Assembly (NCBI GenBank): GCA_963804955.1
Contig: CAWDSQ010000007.1
Location: forward strand, 128,001 to 192,000
Direction of reading: 5' to 3'
DNA length: 64,000 nt
From: an uncultured delta proteobacterium
Lineage (GTDB): Bacteria > Desulfobacterota > WTBG01 > CAIYCZ01 > CAIRTM01
The notes beneath the pieces were generated by a model. That model saw nothing but the letters and a program-made list of their open reading frames with translations, ran no database searches and was not told the origin of the DNA. Shown piece after piece: positions 42,122 to 55,230 of the stretch. The position numbers were made by a program, and so were the translations under genes. How positions within the stretch are numbered: the stretch's first letter is position 1; each line of letters opens with the position of its first letter.

Positions 42122-42844
42122 TTATTGCGTATGGGCAAGCGTCAGAACTTCAACCGTGCCCGCGCCCGACTTTTTCAAGACCCCGGCGCACTCATTGGCA
42201 GTGGCGCCGCTGGTATAGACATCGTCAATCAGCGCCACGCGTTTATCGCCCAGCGCCGGCCCCGTCCAGGCGAAGGCGCCGCTCATATTGCCAGAGCGCT
42301 CCTGTCGGGACAGGGCTGTCTGCTGGGGTGTTTCTCTGTTGCGCACCAGCCACTCAGGGGCAACGGGAATATCCCAGCATGCACCCAGGTGCCGCGCAAG
42401 TTCAAGCGACTGGTTGTATCCCCGCTGCCGCAGCCTCCTGCGATGCAGGGGAACCGGCACGATGAGATCGATTGCCTCTACAGTCAAAAGCCGCCTGCCA
42501 TGCTCGGCAAGCAGCTGCCCCAGGTGCTTAGCAAACATAAGGCCGCCCCGGTACTTAAACTGATGAATGGCGGTTCTTAGCGTGCCGGCATAGACTCCCG
42601 CAGCCCGGGCTCGATCAAAACATGGCGGAGACTCTCTGCAGTTTCCGCACAGATGATCGCCCCCTGCTCGTGATGTAAACATTATACCACAGCTGCAGCA
42701 TAATGGGCTATCGATAAAAGCAAGATCAGCAGAACAGCTGTCACATAAAAAAGTTCTCTCATATGACAGCAGGGGCCTTTTACACACAAGGCACAGCGGT
42801 GGAAAAAAGAAATCGATGAGAGCATGCCGGAAGGTTTGCAGCAT
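42122..42844 (-). CDS. comF: ComF family protein
   Basis: Double zinc ribbon, PVPLH..R..RGYNQ, LIDDVYTSGAT. Confidence 0.92.
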   Translation of the reverse strand: MLQTFRHALIDFFFPPLCLVCKRPLLSYERTFLCDSCSADLAFIDSPLCCSCGIMFTSRAGGDHLCGNCRESPPCFDRARAAGVYAGTLRTAIHQFKYRGGLMFAKHLGQLLAEHGRRLLTVEAIDLIVPVPLHRRRLRQRGYNQSLELARHLGACWDIPVAPEWLVRNRETPQQTALSRQERSGNMSGAFAWTGPALGDKRVALIDDVYTSGATANECAGVLKKSGAGTVEVLTLAHTQ

Positions 42845-42850
42845 GGGACT

Positions 42851-43222
42851 CTAGCGCTTGTTTTTTTCAGACACGGGGACATCATCAAAGGCAATCCTGG
42901 GGCAGTGCTGCCACAGGTTTTCAAGATCATAGAAAGCACGCTCTTCTTCATGGAAAACATGCATGATCACGTCGTCGTAATCAAGCAGAACCCAGCGTCC
43001 GTTCTTCATGCCTTCGCTGCCGCGGGCGCGTACACCCAATCCTTTCATCATGAGCTCAACGTTTTCCGCGACGGCCTGCACCTGCCGTGTCGAGGTACCG
43101 CTGCAGATGATGAAATAGTTGGTAAAGGCCGACTGCTCTTTGACGTCAAGCACGACCATGTTCTGGGCCTTCATATCGCTGGCAAAGCCCGCACACAGTT
43201 TCATCTTTTCAAAAGAATTCAA
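42851..43222 (-). CDS. rsfS: Ribosome silencing factor
   Basis: FIICSG.S.RQV, WVLLDY.DVIMHVF, R.FYDLE.LW. Confidence 0.95.
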   Translation of the reverse strand: MNSFEKMKLCAGFASDMKAQNMVVLDVKEQSAFTNYFIICSGTSTRQVQAVAENVELMMKGLGVRARGSEGMKNGRWVLLDYDDVIMHVFHEEERAFYDLENLWQHCPRIAFDDVPVSEKNKR

Positions 43223-43235
43223 TGAATCTCCTTTT

Positions 43236-43874
43236 TCAGTAGAGTTTATGCTTATCTATATACCCCGCAACGGCATCGGGCACAAGATATTTTACTGATT
43301 TGCCGTTGTGCAGCGCCTGCCGCACCCCCGTGGATGATATGTCCAGCAGGGGGATCCGGCAGAAGTAAATGCGGCGCCCCGAGCGATGTTCATACCAGGG
43401 GCCGTCGGGATTGAAAGAAAAAAGCGAGTTGAAATCCGGGGGAGCATTTTTTTCAGGCTCGGGCTCATACCGGCCGGGCCTGCTCATAACGACAAAATTG
43501 CAGGAGCTGAAAAGTTCCGGGTATCGCTTCCAGGTATGAATCTCGCGAAATGCGTCAAGGCCGATAATAAAAAAAAGCTCGGCGGACGGGCCATACTCAT
43601 GGCTGAAATGTTCGATGGTGTCAAAGGAATAGGAGTTGCCTTCCCGCTGCAGTTCGCTGTCGGACACCTCGAAATACGGATTGTCTGCTGCGGCAAGACG
43701 CACCATCTCAAAGCGGTGCCGGGCAGCTATGATGGCGTCTTTTTTATGCGGCGGCATATGGGCCGGAATAAAAATAATTTTTTCGAGGCCGAGCTGCTCC
43801 CGTATCTCCTCGGCCGCCCGCAGGTGCCCCAGATGCACAGGGTTGAATGTCCCGCCAAAAAGACCTGTCCTCAC
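43236..43874 (-). CDS. nadD: Nicotinate-nucleotide adenylyltransferase
   Basis: GGTFNPVHLGH, PPHK, DISST. Confidence 0.96.
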   Translation of the reverse strand: MRTGLFGGTFNPVHLGHLRAAEEIREQLGLEKIIFIPAHMPPHKKDAIIAARHRFEMVRLAAADNPYFEVSDSELQREGNSYSFDTIEHFSHEYGPSAELFFIIGLDAFREIHTWKRYPELFSSCNFVVMSRPGRYEPEPEKNAPPDFNSLFSFNPDGPWYEHRSGRRIYFCRIPLLDISSTGVRQALHNGKSVKYLVPDAVAGYIDKHKLY

Positions 43875-44140
43875 AATGTCTGCCGCGCCTCCTGCTAAAC
43901 CCTATTTCTGCTCACTCGCAAAAAATATATGCCGGGCCCGTGCAGGTGTCAATGCAAATGTCGCAAAAGCAGGTTTCCCCATTGCGAAAAAAACATCCGG
44001 ATGATATGCTGCTTTTTTTAGTAAACTTGCGGCACCAGCAGCATTATTTCAATGCCGGCGGTATGGCTGTTCAGCGGGCTCAACAAACGCATGCCCTTCC
44101 CATACCAGATACGTAATGCATACCCTGAGAGGCATTCGTC

Positions 44141-45001
44141 ATGTTTCCTGATCAAATCCTGCAATTTCTGCTCAGCGGGCTGACCATCGGCAGCATCTAT
44201 GCTCTCATAGCCCTCGGCTTCACCATCATCTACAACACCACGGGCATCATCAACTTTGCCCAGGGCGAGTTCGTCATGCTCGGGGGCATGTTCATGGTGG
44301 GCTGCACGCGCCTGCTGCACCTGCCCCTGCCCGTTGGCATGCTCATTTCGCTCATGGCCGTCATGGTGGTTGGGGTGCTGATCGAGCGGCTCGCCATCAG
44401 ACCGGCACGCCACAAGTCCATCGTCACCCTCATCATTATCACCATCGGGGTCTCCATCGCCCTGAAGGCGGGCACGGCCTTCTTCAGCAAGGACAGCTTC
44501 ACGTATCCACAGTTTCCCGGCCCCGAGCATGTGGCGATCGGCAACGCCTCTCTGCCGGGCCAGAGCCTGTGGATCATCGGCACGGCAGGCTGCATCATGG
44601 CAGCCCTGTGGGCCTTTTTTCATTATACCATTCGAGGCAAAGCAATGCGGGCCTGCGCAATCAACCGTGAAGCCGCCAATATCGTGGGCATCGACGTGGA
44701 GCGGATGTCGCTTCTTTCGTTCGGCTTAAGCGCCCTCATCGGCGCCGTGGCGGGCATCATGGTGACGCCTACGACGCAGATGGCCTGGTACCGCGGCACC
44801 GAGCTCGGGCTGAAGGGCTTCTGCGCAGTGATTCTGGGGGGCATGGGGAGCAGCCCGGGCGCGGTCATAGGTGGCCTGCTGCTGGGGCTGCTGGAAACTT
44901 TCGGCAATTACCTGTTTTCCGGCTACCGCGACGCCATAGCATTTTCAATTTTCCTGCTGGTCATATTCATTCGTCCGCAGGGAATTCTGGGGCGAAAATA
45001 G
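44141..45001 (+). CDS. livH: HAAT ABC permease, second cluster
   Basis: GSIYALIALGF..IINFAQGEF. Confidence 0.92.
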   Translation: MFPDQILQFLLSGLTIGSIYALIALGFTIIYNTTGIINFAQGEFVMLGGMFMVGCTRLLHLPLPVGMLISLMAVMVVGVLIERLAIRPARHKSIVTLIIITIGVSIALKAGTAFFSKDSFTYPQFPGPEHVAIGNASLPGQSLWIIGTAGCIMAALWAFFHYTIRGKAMRACAINREAANIVGIDVERMSLLSFGLSALIGAVAGIMVTPTTQMAWYRGTELGLKGFCAVILGGMGSSPGAVIGGLLLGLLETFGNYLFSGYRDAIAFSIFLLVIFIRPQGILGRK

Positions 45002-45003
45002 CC

Positions 45004-46019
45004 GTGACGCACAAACGCAGCGAACTTATAAAATACGCCGTCTTTGCCGCGATTATTATTGCGGTGCCCCTGGTTTTCACCGGCAGACAGTCCTACTATG
45101 TCTCCATGCTGGCGCTTGCGGGCATCTTTGCCATCGTGGCGCTTGGCTTGAACCTGCTCATGGGCTATGCCGGCCAGATATCGCTGGGGCATGCGGCCTT
45201 CTTCTCCATCGGCGCATACACCACCGCCATACTCTCCACCCGCCTCGGGTGGCAGCCCTTAGCGGGCCTTGTGCCTGCTGTGGCCGTATCGGGCTTTGCG
45301 GCTTTTGTTATCGGCCTTCCCACGCTCAAGCTTAAAGAACACTATCTTGCCATGGCAACGCTCGGCGTGGGACTCATCACCGTATTCACTTATCAAGGCC
45401 GATCCGGGCGGCATCACCGGCGGCGTCACCGGCATTGTCAATATTCCGCCGCTTGTGATCGGCGGCTTCACCTTCGATTCCGACCGGTCGCAGTTCTATC
45501 TCATCTGGGCTGTGGCATTTCTGATATTCGCCCTGAGTTCCAACATTATCGATTCGCGCATCGGCCGCGCGCTCATGGCCATTCACAAAAGCGAAGTGTC
45601 GGCGAGCGTGCTCGGCGTCAATGTCTTCTCCTGCAAGCTGCAGGTCTTCGTGCTCAGCGGCATGTACGCCGGTCTCGGCGGATTTCTCTATGCCCACTGC
45701 TCGCCCATGTACTATCTCAACCCCGACGACGTGTGCCATTTCGCGCTCTCCATAAAGCTTCTGACCATGGTGGTCATCGGCGGCATGGGCAGCATGTGGG
45801 GGGCGCTGCTCGGGGCCGTCGGGCTTTCGATTCTGCCCTGAAGTGCTGCGCATGCTCGGGAGCCTGCTGCACGGGGTGAACACCACGGATATCGAGATGG
45901 CCGTCTACGGGCTTATCCTTGCAATGATCATGATCGCCTCGCCACGGCAGCGGCTTAAAAAGCTGCTGGGCCTTGATAAACCCAGGCGGGTTGAGCCTCC
46001 GAAAGACATGGAGGACTAG
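45004..46019 (+). CDS. livM: HAAT ABC permease, second cluster (frameshifted)
   Basis: GLNLLMGYAGQISLGHAAF; continues in 45269..45841 and beyond. Confidence 0.88.
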
Positions 46020-46022
46020 GCC

Positions 46023-46786
46023 ATGGCGCATTTGCAGGTTGAGGGCCTCATGAAAACCTTCGACGGCATCACAGCCGTTGAGCGACCTGTCCTTCAAGGT
46101 GCAGCGCAACGAAATCTGTGCCATCATCGGGCCCAACGGCGCCGGAAAAACCACGACATTTAACCTCCTGAGCGGCGTGCTGCCGGCCGACCGGGGGAAA
46201 ATCTTTTTCGACGGCAATGAGATTCTGGGGCTGCCACCCCATGATATCGCCCGACGCGGCATGGTACGGACCTTTCAAACCGTGAGCCTGTTTGACTCCA
46301 TGACTGTGCTCGACAACGTGAAGGTCGGCTGCCACGGCAAGGCCGGCGCAGGCCTGTTCTCGGCAGCGCTCCGAACCCGCAGGCCTGCGACGCGAGGAGA
46401 AGGAGATTACAAAAAAGGCCATGGAGGCCCTGGAATTGCTGGGCGTTGCGGATCGGGCCTGCGATCAGGCCGGGAGCCTTCCCTTCGGCCAGCAGCGCCT
46501 CGTCGACATAGCCCGGGCCCTCGCCTCTGATCCCGAAATGATTCTTCTGGATGAACCCGCCGCCGGGCTCAACGCTCATGAAACCACCGAGCTGGCATCG
46601 CTCATTCTGGCCCTCAAGAACCGGGGCCTCACGGTCATGATCATCGAGCATGATATGGAGCTCATTATGGAAATAGCCGACCACATCGTCGTGCTGGAGC
46701 AGGGCATGAAAATCGCCTGCGGCCCTCCTGCGGTCATTCAAAAAGACCCGAAAGTGATTGTTGCATATCTTGGGGAAGAAGAGTAA
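46023..46786 (+). CDS. livG: HAAT ABC ATPase (frameshifted)
   Basis: GPNGAGKTT, LLDEPAAGLN, IEHDM. Confidence 0.88.
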
Positions 46787-46787
46787 C

Positions 46788-47518
<731 letters not shown>

Positions 47519-47534
47519 CAAGAAGGGAGGATGT

Positions 47535-48692
47535 ATGAAAAAACTTTTTACAACCTTAGGTGCGGCTGCTGTATGCCTGTTCTTCTGCGCAGGCAGTTAT
47601 TCAGGCAAAAGAGGCTGCAAAGCCCGGTAAAAATCGGCTGCCTGTTTGACCTTCAAGGCCCTGCGGGCCATATCGGTGTGGCCTCGAAACTGGTGGCGGA
47701 AATGCTTGCCGAGCGCCTCAACAAGGCAGGCGGCATTAGGCGGCAGGCCCATTCAGCTGGTCATGGGCGACACTGAGAGCAACCCCGGCAAGGCAGTCAT
47801 CGAGGCAAAGCGCCTGGTTGAAAACGAGCAGGTCGATGCCATCATCGGCCCCACCCGCACCGATTCGGGCATGGCCATTCTCCAGTATATCGAAAAAATG
47901 GGCATGCCCACGGTTGGCTGCATCGGCGGCACCCCCGTGGTTGTGCCCGTGCGCAAGTGGATGTTCAAGTCCCCGCAAAAAAGCGTCACCGCAGTTGAGC
48001 GCATTTATATGTATCTGCAGAAAAAGGGCATCAAGAAAATCGCTGTTATAAACGCAACCGACAAGTTCGGACAGGAGGGCGAAGAGGCGCTCAAGGCCCT
48101 TGCTGGAAAGTATGGCGTGACCATCGTGACCCAGGAAAAATTCGAGATGAGCGATGTGGATATGACTGTGCAGCTCACCAAGATAAAAGCCACCGACGCC
48201 CAGGCAGTTATCTGCTGGACCATCGGGCCTCCGGGGTCCATCGTCGCCAAGAACGTCAAGCAGCTCGGCTTCAAGATACCGCTCATTCAGTGCCACGGCC
48301 TTCCCGACCCGAAGTATCTTGAGCTTGCCGGCGATGCCGCCGAAGGCAATATCATGCCGTCGACCAAGCTCATGGTGGCAAGCCAGCTGCCCGACAGCGA
48401 TCCGCAGAAAAAGCTCCTGCTGGAATACACCGATCTGTATGAAAACGTGGGCAAAATCGGCAAAATCACCACCCACGGCGGCTATGCCTGGGATGCGCTC
48501 ATGCTGGTTGTCGAGGCCATGAAGAAGGCCGGAACTGACAAGGCCAAAGTGCGCGATGCCATTGAAAGCACCAAAGGCTATGTGGGCGTGAGCGGCATCT
48601 ACACCATGACGCCCGAAGACCACTGCGGCCTGGGGGTTGACTCCATGGTCATGATCACGGTGAAAAACGGTAAGTTCATGCTGATTGAATAG
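47535..48692 (+). CDS. livK: HAAT ABC substrate-binding protein (frameshifted near the N-terminus)
   Basis: Paralog of 7113..8243 (IIGPTR, W.FK.P, DMT.QLTKIK, EDHCGL). Confidence 0.88.
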
Positions 48693-48716
48693 CAATTCCT
48701 TTACCTGCACTCTACG

Positions 48717-48750
48717 AAAGCCTGCGCATGCAATTGCGCAGGCTTTTTTT
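48717..48750 (+). terminator. Intrinsic terminator
   Basis: AAAGCCTGCGCA/TGCGCAGGCTTTTTTT. Confidence 0.85.
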
Positions 48751-49229
48751 ATACTCTCAGGATCTGCACCTGTTTGCTCGACATCTCGTATTCTTCCTTC
48801 GGATAGCATCCACCAGGGCCGGCTGCGATACTGCAAAAAAAACAGCCTCTTATTTAACCGCGAGGGTAAAGGTTGAAACAGGAGAGTGGATTGCCTGCAC
48901 CACCTCGGCATCGCAGGTATGGATATGTTGAAAATATTGTGAAAGATGCCGGCGGGCTTCTTCAAGGACAAGAAACTGCGTGCCTATTCTTGCGTAAATG
49001 TAGTCGAATGCAGCTGCAGAGGGCTCTGCGCTTTCTGTCTTCACGGAATGCGCATGTGCAAAGCAGCTCAAAAAGAATACGCCAAAGGCGACAGCGTTTC
49101 AATAAAAATCAGGGGCAGCCGTGCTGGACCAGAACCGCTGCATGCAGGACTTTCATACTGTGCATGGAATAAAGCGGGAAAGCGCGCAGTGAGAGATACA
49201 GGGGATGGGCAGCTGCCCTGCAGGCCTGC

Positions 49230-50224
49230 TTATTCTGAAGGGTGCCCCCCCGGCCGTTCAGCATGCTGACCGTACTGATGCAGCCAGGCAAGCATCTCCC
49301 TGATACTTGCCGTTGCGAAAGCAATGCAGGTATCAGCGGCGCCGTAATACAGCCTGAGCGTATCGCCGTCAGGGGCTATGGTATATCCGCAGGGAAAAAC
49401 GACGCTGCCCACATCGCCCGACAGCTCATAGTCTTCCTCAGGCCCGAAAAACCATTCGGTACCGCGCAGCAGGCACAGCTCGGGCGTCTGCTCGTCAAAC
49501 AGGGCAAGCCCGAGGCGGTACAGCGAGCCTGATGCGGTTTCTCTGACGCCGTGATAGATCACAAGCCAGCCTTCCGGGGTCAGGATCGGCGGCGGCGAAA
49601 GGCCTATTTTATTGGCGTCCCACCAGGCGCCGCGGCGCGCCTCAAGAATCATTTTGTGGCTGCCCCAGTGACGCAGGTCGGGTGAATAGGATATCCAGAC
49701 ATTTGCGCCAATGCTCGTGACGGGCCGGTGAAACAGGGCCCAGGAGCCGCCGATGCGATGAGGAAGCAGCGCTGCATCCTTATCCTCAGGCGACATGATT
49801 GAGCCGTAGCGCTCGAAAGCTTTAAAGTCCTTTGTAAGGGCAAGCGACACCCCCGGCCCGCCCCGCGAATAGGATGTGTAGACCACGGCATAAGTATTAA
49901 GCTCCGGCAGGTAGGTGATGCGGGGGTCTTCGACTCCCCAAAGCTCTTCGGGCCAGTTGTCGGCGTCTGGAACAAACGTGGGCTCAGTGTCGATCTCCCA
50001 GCCGTCAATGCCATTGCGGGAGCGCGCGGCGCACAGATGCGATATGCCGCGACGGTCCTCAACCCGGCACAGAAGCAGCGTTGTGCCGTCGGCAAGCAGC
50101 GTGGCAGCCGCATTGAAAACTGTGTTGATGGCATAAGGCCAGTCATTGCAGTCAGTATGGGGTTTTTATCATGCCGGTGAATGAGGGTTTCGTGCTGCGC
50201 TCGTCTATGATATGCGGAGCTCAT
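49230..50224 (-). CDS. GH130-like glycoside hydrolase/phosphorylase (frameshift near 50150)
   Basis: NPIL, VFNAAA, EDPRIT, DKDAAL, LFHRP, YHGV, VVFPCG, YYGAAD. Confidence 0.85.
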
Positions 50225-52506
50225 AATTCACATCCATAATGTTTTGTGATAAACGCATTTCCACCAGGGCCAGCAGAAACGACAGGGTTGATTCAGCCCC
50301 CTGATTAAGATTGGCACGGTCCTGGTGCAGGCCGTCATGACAGCCGCCTATGAGCAGATCGTACAAAGGCAGCTCAAGGTCATTGCGGCCCAGAAACCAG
50401 TTGAAAGCCCGGCGCGCTTCCTTCTCCCAGTAGCTGTCGCCGGTTATGCGATAGGCCTCAAGTGCTGCCGCTACCATGGAGTAGGCCTCAAGGGGCTGCT
50501 GATCATAGCGGGCGCGCTCTCCGCCGCGGGGGTAAAAGCCGTCTGAGCCTACGGGTGAATAATATCCTTTATTGCCGGTTTGAATATGGGCCAGCCATCG
50601 CAGGGACTGCAGGCCCGCATCAACCATTTTCTCATTGGGTATCCATTTTCCACACAGAAGCATGGCATGGGATATGGTTGCATTGCCGTAGGCAACGATA
50701 TTTTCAAACCATTGCCAGTCCGGGCAGCTTACCTGCCGGTACATATCCAGCATGCGTTTGGACAACTTTTTGCGCATATCGTACACAAGGCGGTCGCCCT
50801 CGAACCTGCGCAGGTATTCATGAATGCCTATCAGGGTATAGGCCCAGGCCCGCAGGCTGGTAAAGTGTGCGACCTCGGGAAGGGAAAGCTCGAACAGCCT
50901 GCCTGCGACCTTGCGAAGCCTCTCGGACTTGGAACGGCCCAGCACTGCGCCCAGCGCCCAAATCGACCGGCCGTGACTGTCTTCCGACCCGACATCTTCG
51001 AGCCAGCGCCGGTCATATGACAGAAAATTGCGAAACCGGTTATTGCCGGCATTGAACGCATACCAGAGAAACGACAGGTACCGGGAGGACAAAATGGCTG
51101 ATCTCTTCATAATCCTCATACCCGGCAGCTTCAAGCAGCACGGTCAGCAGCAGCGCCCGGGCATTATCATCGGTGGTGTAGCCTTCATTGAGATTCGGCA
51201 GCGAATAGACCGCGTGCTGCAAAAGGCCCGTGTCGTCCGTGAGCAGCCGCAGATGATTGATGTTCAGCCGGGGCAGCTCATCCAGGCGCCTGTCCATCAT
51301 GGGCAGTTCGAAAAACGCTGCAGGCCGCCGCATATGCTCGTCGCGGGCCCGCTCGAAGGTCTGCATATACTGTTCGGCCACACTGCTCCATATCATGTCT
51401 CTGCCGCGCAGATAGGCATTCTTGCGCATGGCATGCCGCTGTGTTTCATTGTCAAGAAGATTGGTCACCGCTGCGGCTATAGCCTCAGGATCCTGAAACG
51501 GAACAAGGCTGCCCCTGCCCTCGGCAAGCAGCTCCGTGGCATACCAGTAGGGTGTTGAAACAACCGCTTTGCCCATGCCCAGGGCATAGGCCAGCGTGCC
51601 CGAAACAATCTGGGCCTCATTGTGATACGGGGTTATATACACATCAGCGCCGCCCACAAACTCCACAAGCTCCTCAAGTGGAACAAACCGGTTGTACAAT
51701 AACACATTGCCTTCAACACCAAGGTCCTGGGCAAGGGTTTGAAGGGACAGGCGATAGGCTTCGCCCTCGGCTTTCAAAACATGGGGATGTGTTGCGCCAA
51801 GAATAATGTACACAACATTTTTATACCGCTCGAGGATTTTCGGCAGGGCGCTGATGACATCCTCGATGCCCTTGTCCCGGGAAAGCAGGCCGAAGGTGAG
51901 CAGAACGAATTTTCCCTCCACGCCAAAGCGGTCCTTGTAAAAATTCGGATCGACAAAAGAGACATCGGGAATGCCGTGATGGATGATGTCGATCTTGTGG
52001 CTGTCAACCCCGTAGACATCCTGCAAAAACATCCTTCCCTGGTTTGACATCACAACGAAGCGGTCTGACAGCTGATTGAGCTCAGTCATAACCTTACGCT
52101 GCTGCTTGTTTGGCTCACGCAGTATGGTGTGCAGGGTGGTGACAACCGGCATGCGCAGATCCCTCAGGAGCGCAAGAATATGGCTGCCTGCCGCTCCTCC
52201 GAAAATGCCGTATTCATGCTGCAGGCATACCAGGTCGACATCATTGATATTGAGAAATTCCGCAACGCGGCGGTATGAGGAGATATCCTGCTCGGCAAGC
52301 TCGAAACGAACGCGGGAGGGATATTTGTAGGAGCTGCCCGTATCGGTCACCGGTATGGCAAAGCAGCTGCTGTCGCCGTAGCGCGCTGCAATGCCTTCGC
52401 ACAGATCAGCCGTGAAGGTGGCTATGCCGCACTGGCGTGGAATATAATTGCCGATAACGCCGATGCGCTCGATATGAGCCCTGCCCTGAGCAGTCGTGTC
52501 TTCCAT
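50205..52506 (-). CDS. GT4 glycosyltransferase fused to a six-hairpin glycosidase-like domain (frameshift near 51120)
   Basis: PRQCGIATFT, QHEYGIFG, SGTLAYA, DDNARAL, EDSHGR, DQQP, NQGAEST. Confidence 0.85.
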
Positions 52507-52875
52507 GAGAGCTTGCCCCCTGGCTGCAAACAGTACGGTATAAGGTCTGAAAAAATACTTTGCTTCAGAAAAAATTGCCGGTATGTGCGTACACAATACT
52601 AAGGTAGGGAAAAATCTACTCTTGTCAAGACGCCAGAGTATCTCATAAAGGAAATACAAGCTGTTAGGCTGTAATTTGAAACACTGTGGCGCAGGTGCAG
52701 AGCAGATGCGTTTGGAGGAACAAATTGAAAATTCAAGATTTAAAATCGCCGGGGCGCACAGCCTGCTGCGACGCAATTAAAATTCTTCTGGAAAAACACT
52801 GCGCCGGTAGTATAGTGAGGCTGGCCACCGCCGGCCAGCGGCGGGAATAATCTCAGGAAGGGAAAGGTGCGCACC

Positions 52876-53466
52876 ATGAAAACAAAAGCAGAAAAAACCC
52901 GGGCCGCCATCCGCCGTGATATCGTCGAATTTTTAAACGCCACATCAGGCAGGGTCGACCCGAAACCGGGCCCCTCAAGCTGCGGCATCCGCCACCGCAA
53001 TGCGCTTGTGCTGGCAACCTGTTACGGCAGCCGACCCCGGGCCACGGTGCTTGAATTCTTCAATGAGGGCATGACCATCTATGTCTTCGGCGAGCCGGGC
53101 GGTAAAATCGCCAATATCAAGCGCAACCCGCAGGTGTCGGCCATCGTGTATGAACAGCCCCTGGATCACGGCGCGCTGCAGAAAAGCCTGCAGCTGTTCG
53201 GACGGGCAGAGCTCATAACCGTCCGCAACAATCCCCGGCTGTTCTGGTCGAAAATCCGCAAGTGGCATATGGATGCAGTCGGTAGAAAAATCATGAGCCC
53301 GCTGTTTCAGAAAAAAAATCTTGCCGGTGCCGAAGCGGAGCAATATGTACAACGCGGCCTTGCGTCGCTCTCCGTTATAAAAATCATACCCGAGCAAGTG
53401 ATTCTCAAGCAGTGGAATCCCGATTTTTCAATGCAGCGGTATGAGTGGAGGGAAAAGGCCTCCTGA
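52876..53466 (+). CDS. Pyridoxamine 5'-phosphate oxidase-like FMN-binding protein
   Basis: LVLATC...PRAT, GGKIANIKRNPQVS. Confidence 0.75.
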   Translation: MKTKAEKTRAAIRRDIVEFLNATSGRVDPKPGPSSCGIRHRNALVLATCYGSRPRATVLEFFNEGMTIYVFGEPGGKIANIKRNPQVSAIVYEQPLDHGALQKSLQLFGRAELITVRNNPRLFWSKIRKWHMDAVGRKIMSPLFQKKNLAGAEAEQYVQRGLASLSVIKIIPEQVILKQWNPDFSMQRYEWREKAS

Positions 53467-53519
53467 CAGCTGCTGCCATTAAAACATCCACGGGCAGGGT
53501 CTTGAGTAAGGCAAGGTAT

Positions 53520-53656
53520 GCAGGCTGTTCAAAAATGCCCGGATGCAAAGCGTGCAAAATCATGCAAAATGAGGCGTCTCTCGAGGACTCCGCAGTGCAG
53601 CATGATAAGCGCAATCCCGCTCCAGCGGTACAGATGGGCGTTTTTCAACAGCCTGC
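53520..53656. mobile_element. 137-bp MITE-like element with 21-bp terminal inverted repeats
   Basis: GCAGGCTGTTcAAAAAtGCCC ... GGGCgTTTTTcAACAGCCTGC; no ORF; abuts the TAG stop of the neighbouring gene. Confidence 0.7.
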
Positions 53657-55230
53657 TAGCTGCCGAAACGCGCCTCTACAGCCTTCATGGCATCAATGGC
53701 AGAGCTGGTAATGCCGCCGCTATACCCCGACCCTTCGCCTATGGGGTACAGGTTTTTTACAGCAACGGATTCAAATGTTTCGCTGCGGGTAATCCGCACC
53801 GGGCAGGAGGTTCTTGTTTCAGCGCCTATTACTATCCCGTCATGTGAAACATACAGCGGGTACTGCTCTTGCCAAGCAGTAAATGCCTTTACCAGCGCCC
53901 CGCAGACAAAACCGGGCAAAACTTCATGCATGTCAACGGACACGGCCCCCATCTTATAGGAGTTGGCGTTTAAATCTTCCGAGACCCTCCCGCATAAAAA
54001 ATCCACCAGATTCTGCGCAGGCGCTTTCCAGCCCCCTCCTGCCGCAGCAAAAGCCTTTCGCTCTATATCCTTTTGAAACTCAAAGCCTGCCAGCGGGCCG
54101 GCCGATGCATAATCATCCGGTATGGCAGGTCACCACAATGGCGGAATTCGAGAAAGCCGATGCCCTGGCCGAATAGCTCATGCCGTTGACAACCAGCAGG
54201 CCGTTTTCAGATGAAGCATTGATAACCTCGCCGCCCGGGCACATGCAGAATGAATACACGCCCCGCCGCGCTGTCCGATCGGTATGGGTAAAGGAATACG
54301 CAGCAGCCCCTAGGCCGGAAAAGTCCCTGTATGTATCGCCGTAGCGCAAACGGTTAATCGTTGCAGCAGGATGCTCAACCCGCAGCCCGACTGAAATCGG
54401 CTTTTGCTCAAGGGCAATGCCTTTTTTGTGCAGCAGCTCGAACGTGTCGCGGCTGGAATTTCCAATCGCAAGATACATGCTGGAACTGAGATATTCCCTT
54501 TCGCCGTTTATGATGACGCCCTGGGCTTTTCCCTCTGAAATAAGCATATCAGTCATTTTAGAGCTGTACTGTATCTCGCCGCCCCGCTCAAGGATATGGT
54601 TTCGTATATTGCCCACTATCCTGCACAGCATGTCGGTGCCCAGATGGGGCTTGCGGATATAGCCAATTTCTTCAGGAGCCCCGAATTTGATAAAAGTATC
54701 AAGCACCCTGTTTGCAGAGTCCGAATTATTGACGCGGGAAAACAGCTTGCCGTCGGAGTAGGACCCTGCCCCGCCTTCCCCGAACTGAATATTTGATTCA
54801 GTGTCAAGCTTCCGCTCAACCAAAAATCTTTGAACATCAACAGTGCGCTCCTCTATTTTTTTACCCCGTTCAAATATGAGGGGCAGTAGCCCCCTATCAA
54901 TAAGCTCAAGGGCGGCAAACATGCCGGCAGGGCCAAAACCTATTATGATAGGCCGCTGCCTGCTGCTTGTTGATTTTCTGTCGGGCGCTTTTGTTTCAGA
55001 GTATTCGGGAAGGTTTTCACTGTTGTCGATAGCTGTCGGGGATACGCACCACCAGTGACATATCATAGTAGAACTGCTCTGCGGTGCTCGCATCAAGGGC
55101 CTTGTTCAGGATCTTGACGATTTGAATACTCATGTTCGCTGATGTTCAGCCTCTGCGCAGCGGCCTTCAGATATTCATCCCGCCCGTCTTTCTCAACGGG
55201 TATCCGCAGTGTGCTGATCAGTAAATCCAA
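53656..55230 (-). CDS. Uncharacterised FAD-dependent dehydrogenase (frameshifted)
   Basis: IIGFGPAGMFAA, FGEGGAGSYSDGKL, FCMCPGG, ETRTS.P, GEGSGYSGGITSSAID. Confidence 0.85.

Noticed and set aside
48760..49229. Short Cys-rich ORFs downstream of livK2
   Set aside because: No RBS or recognisable motif; overlapping spurious frames
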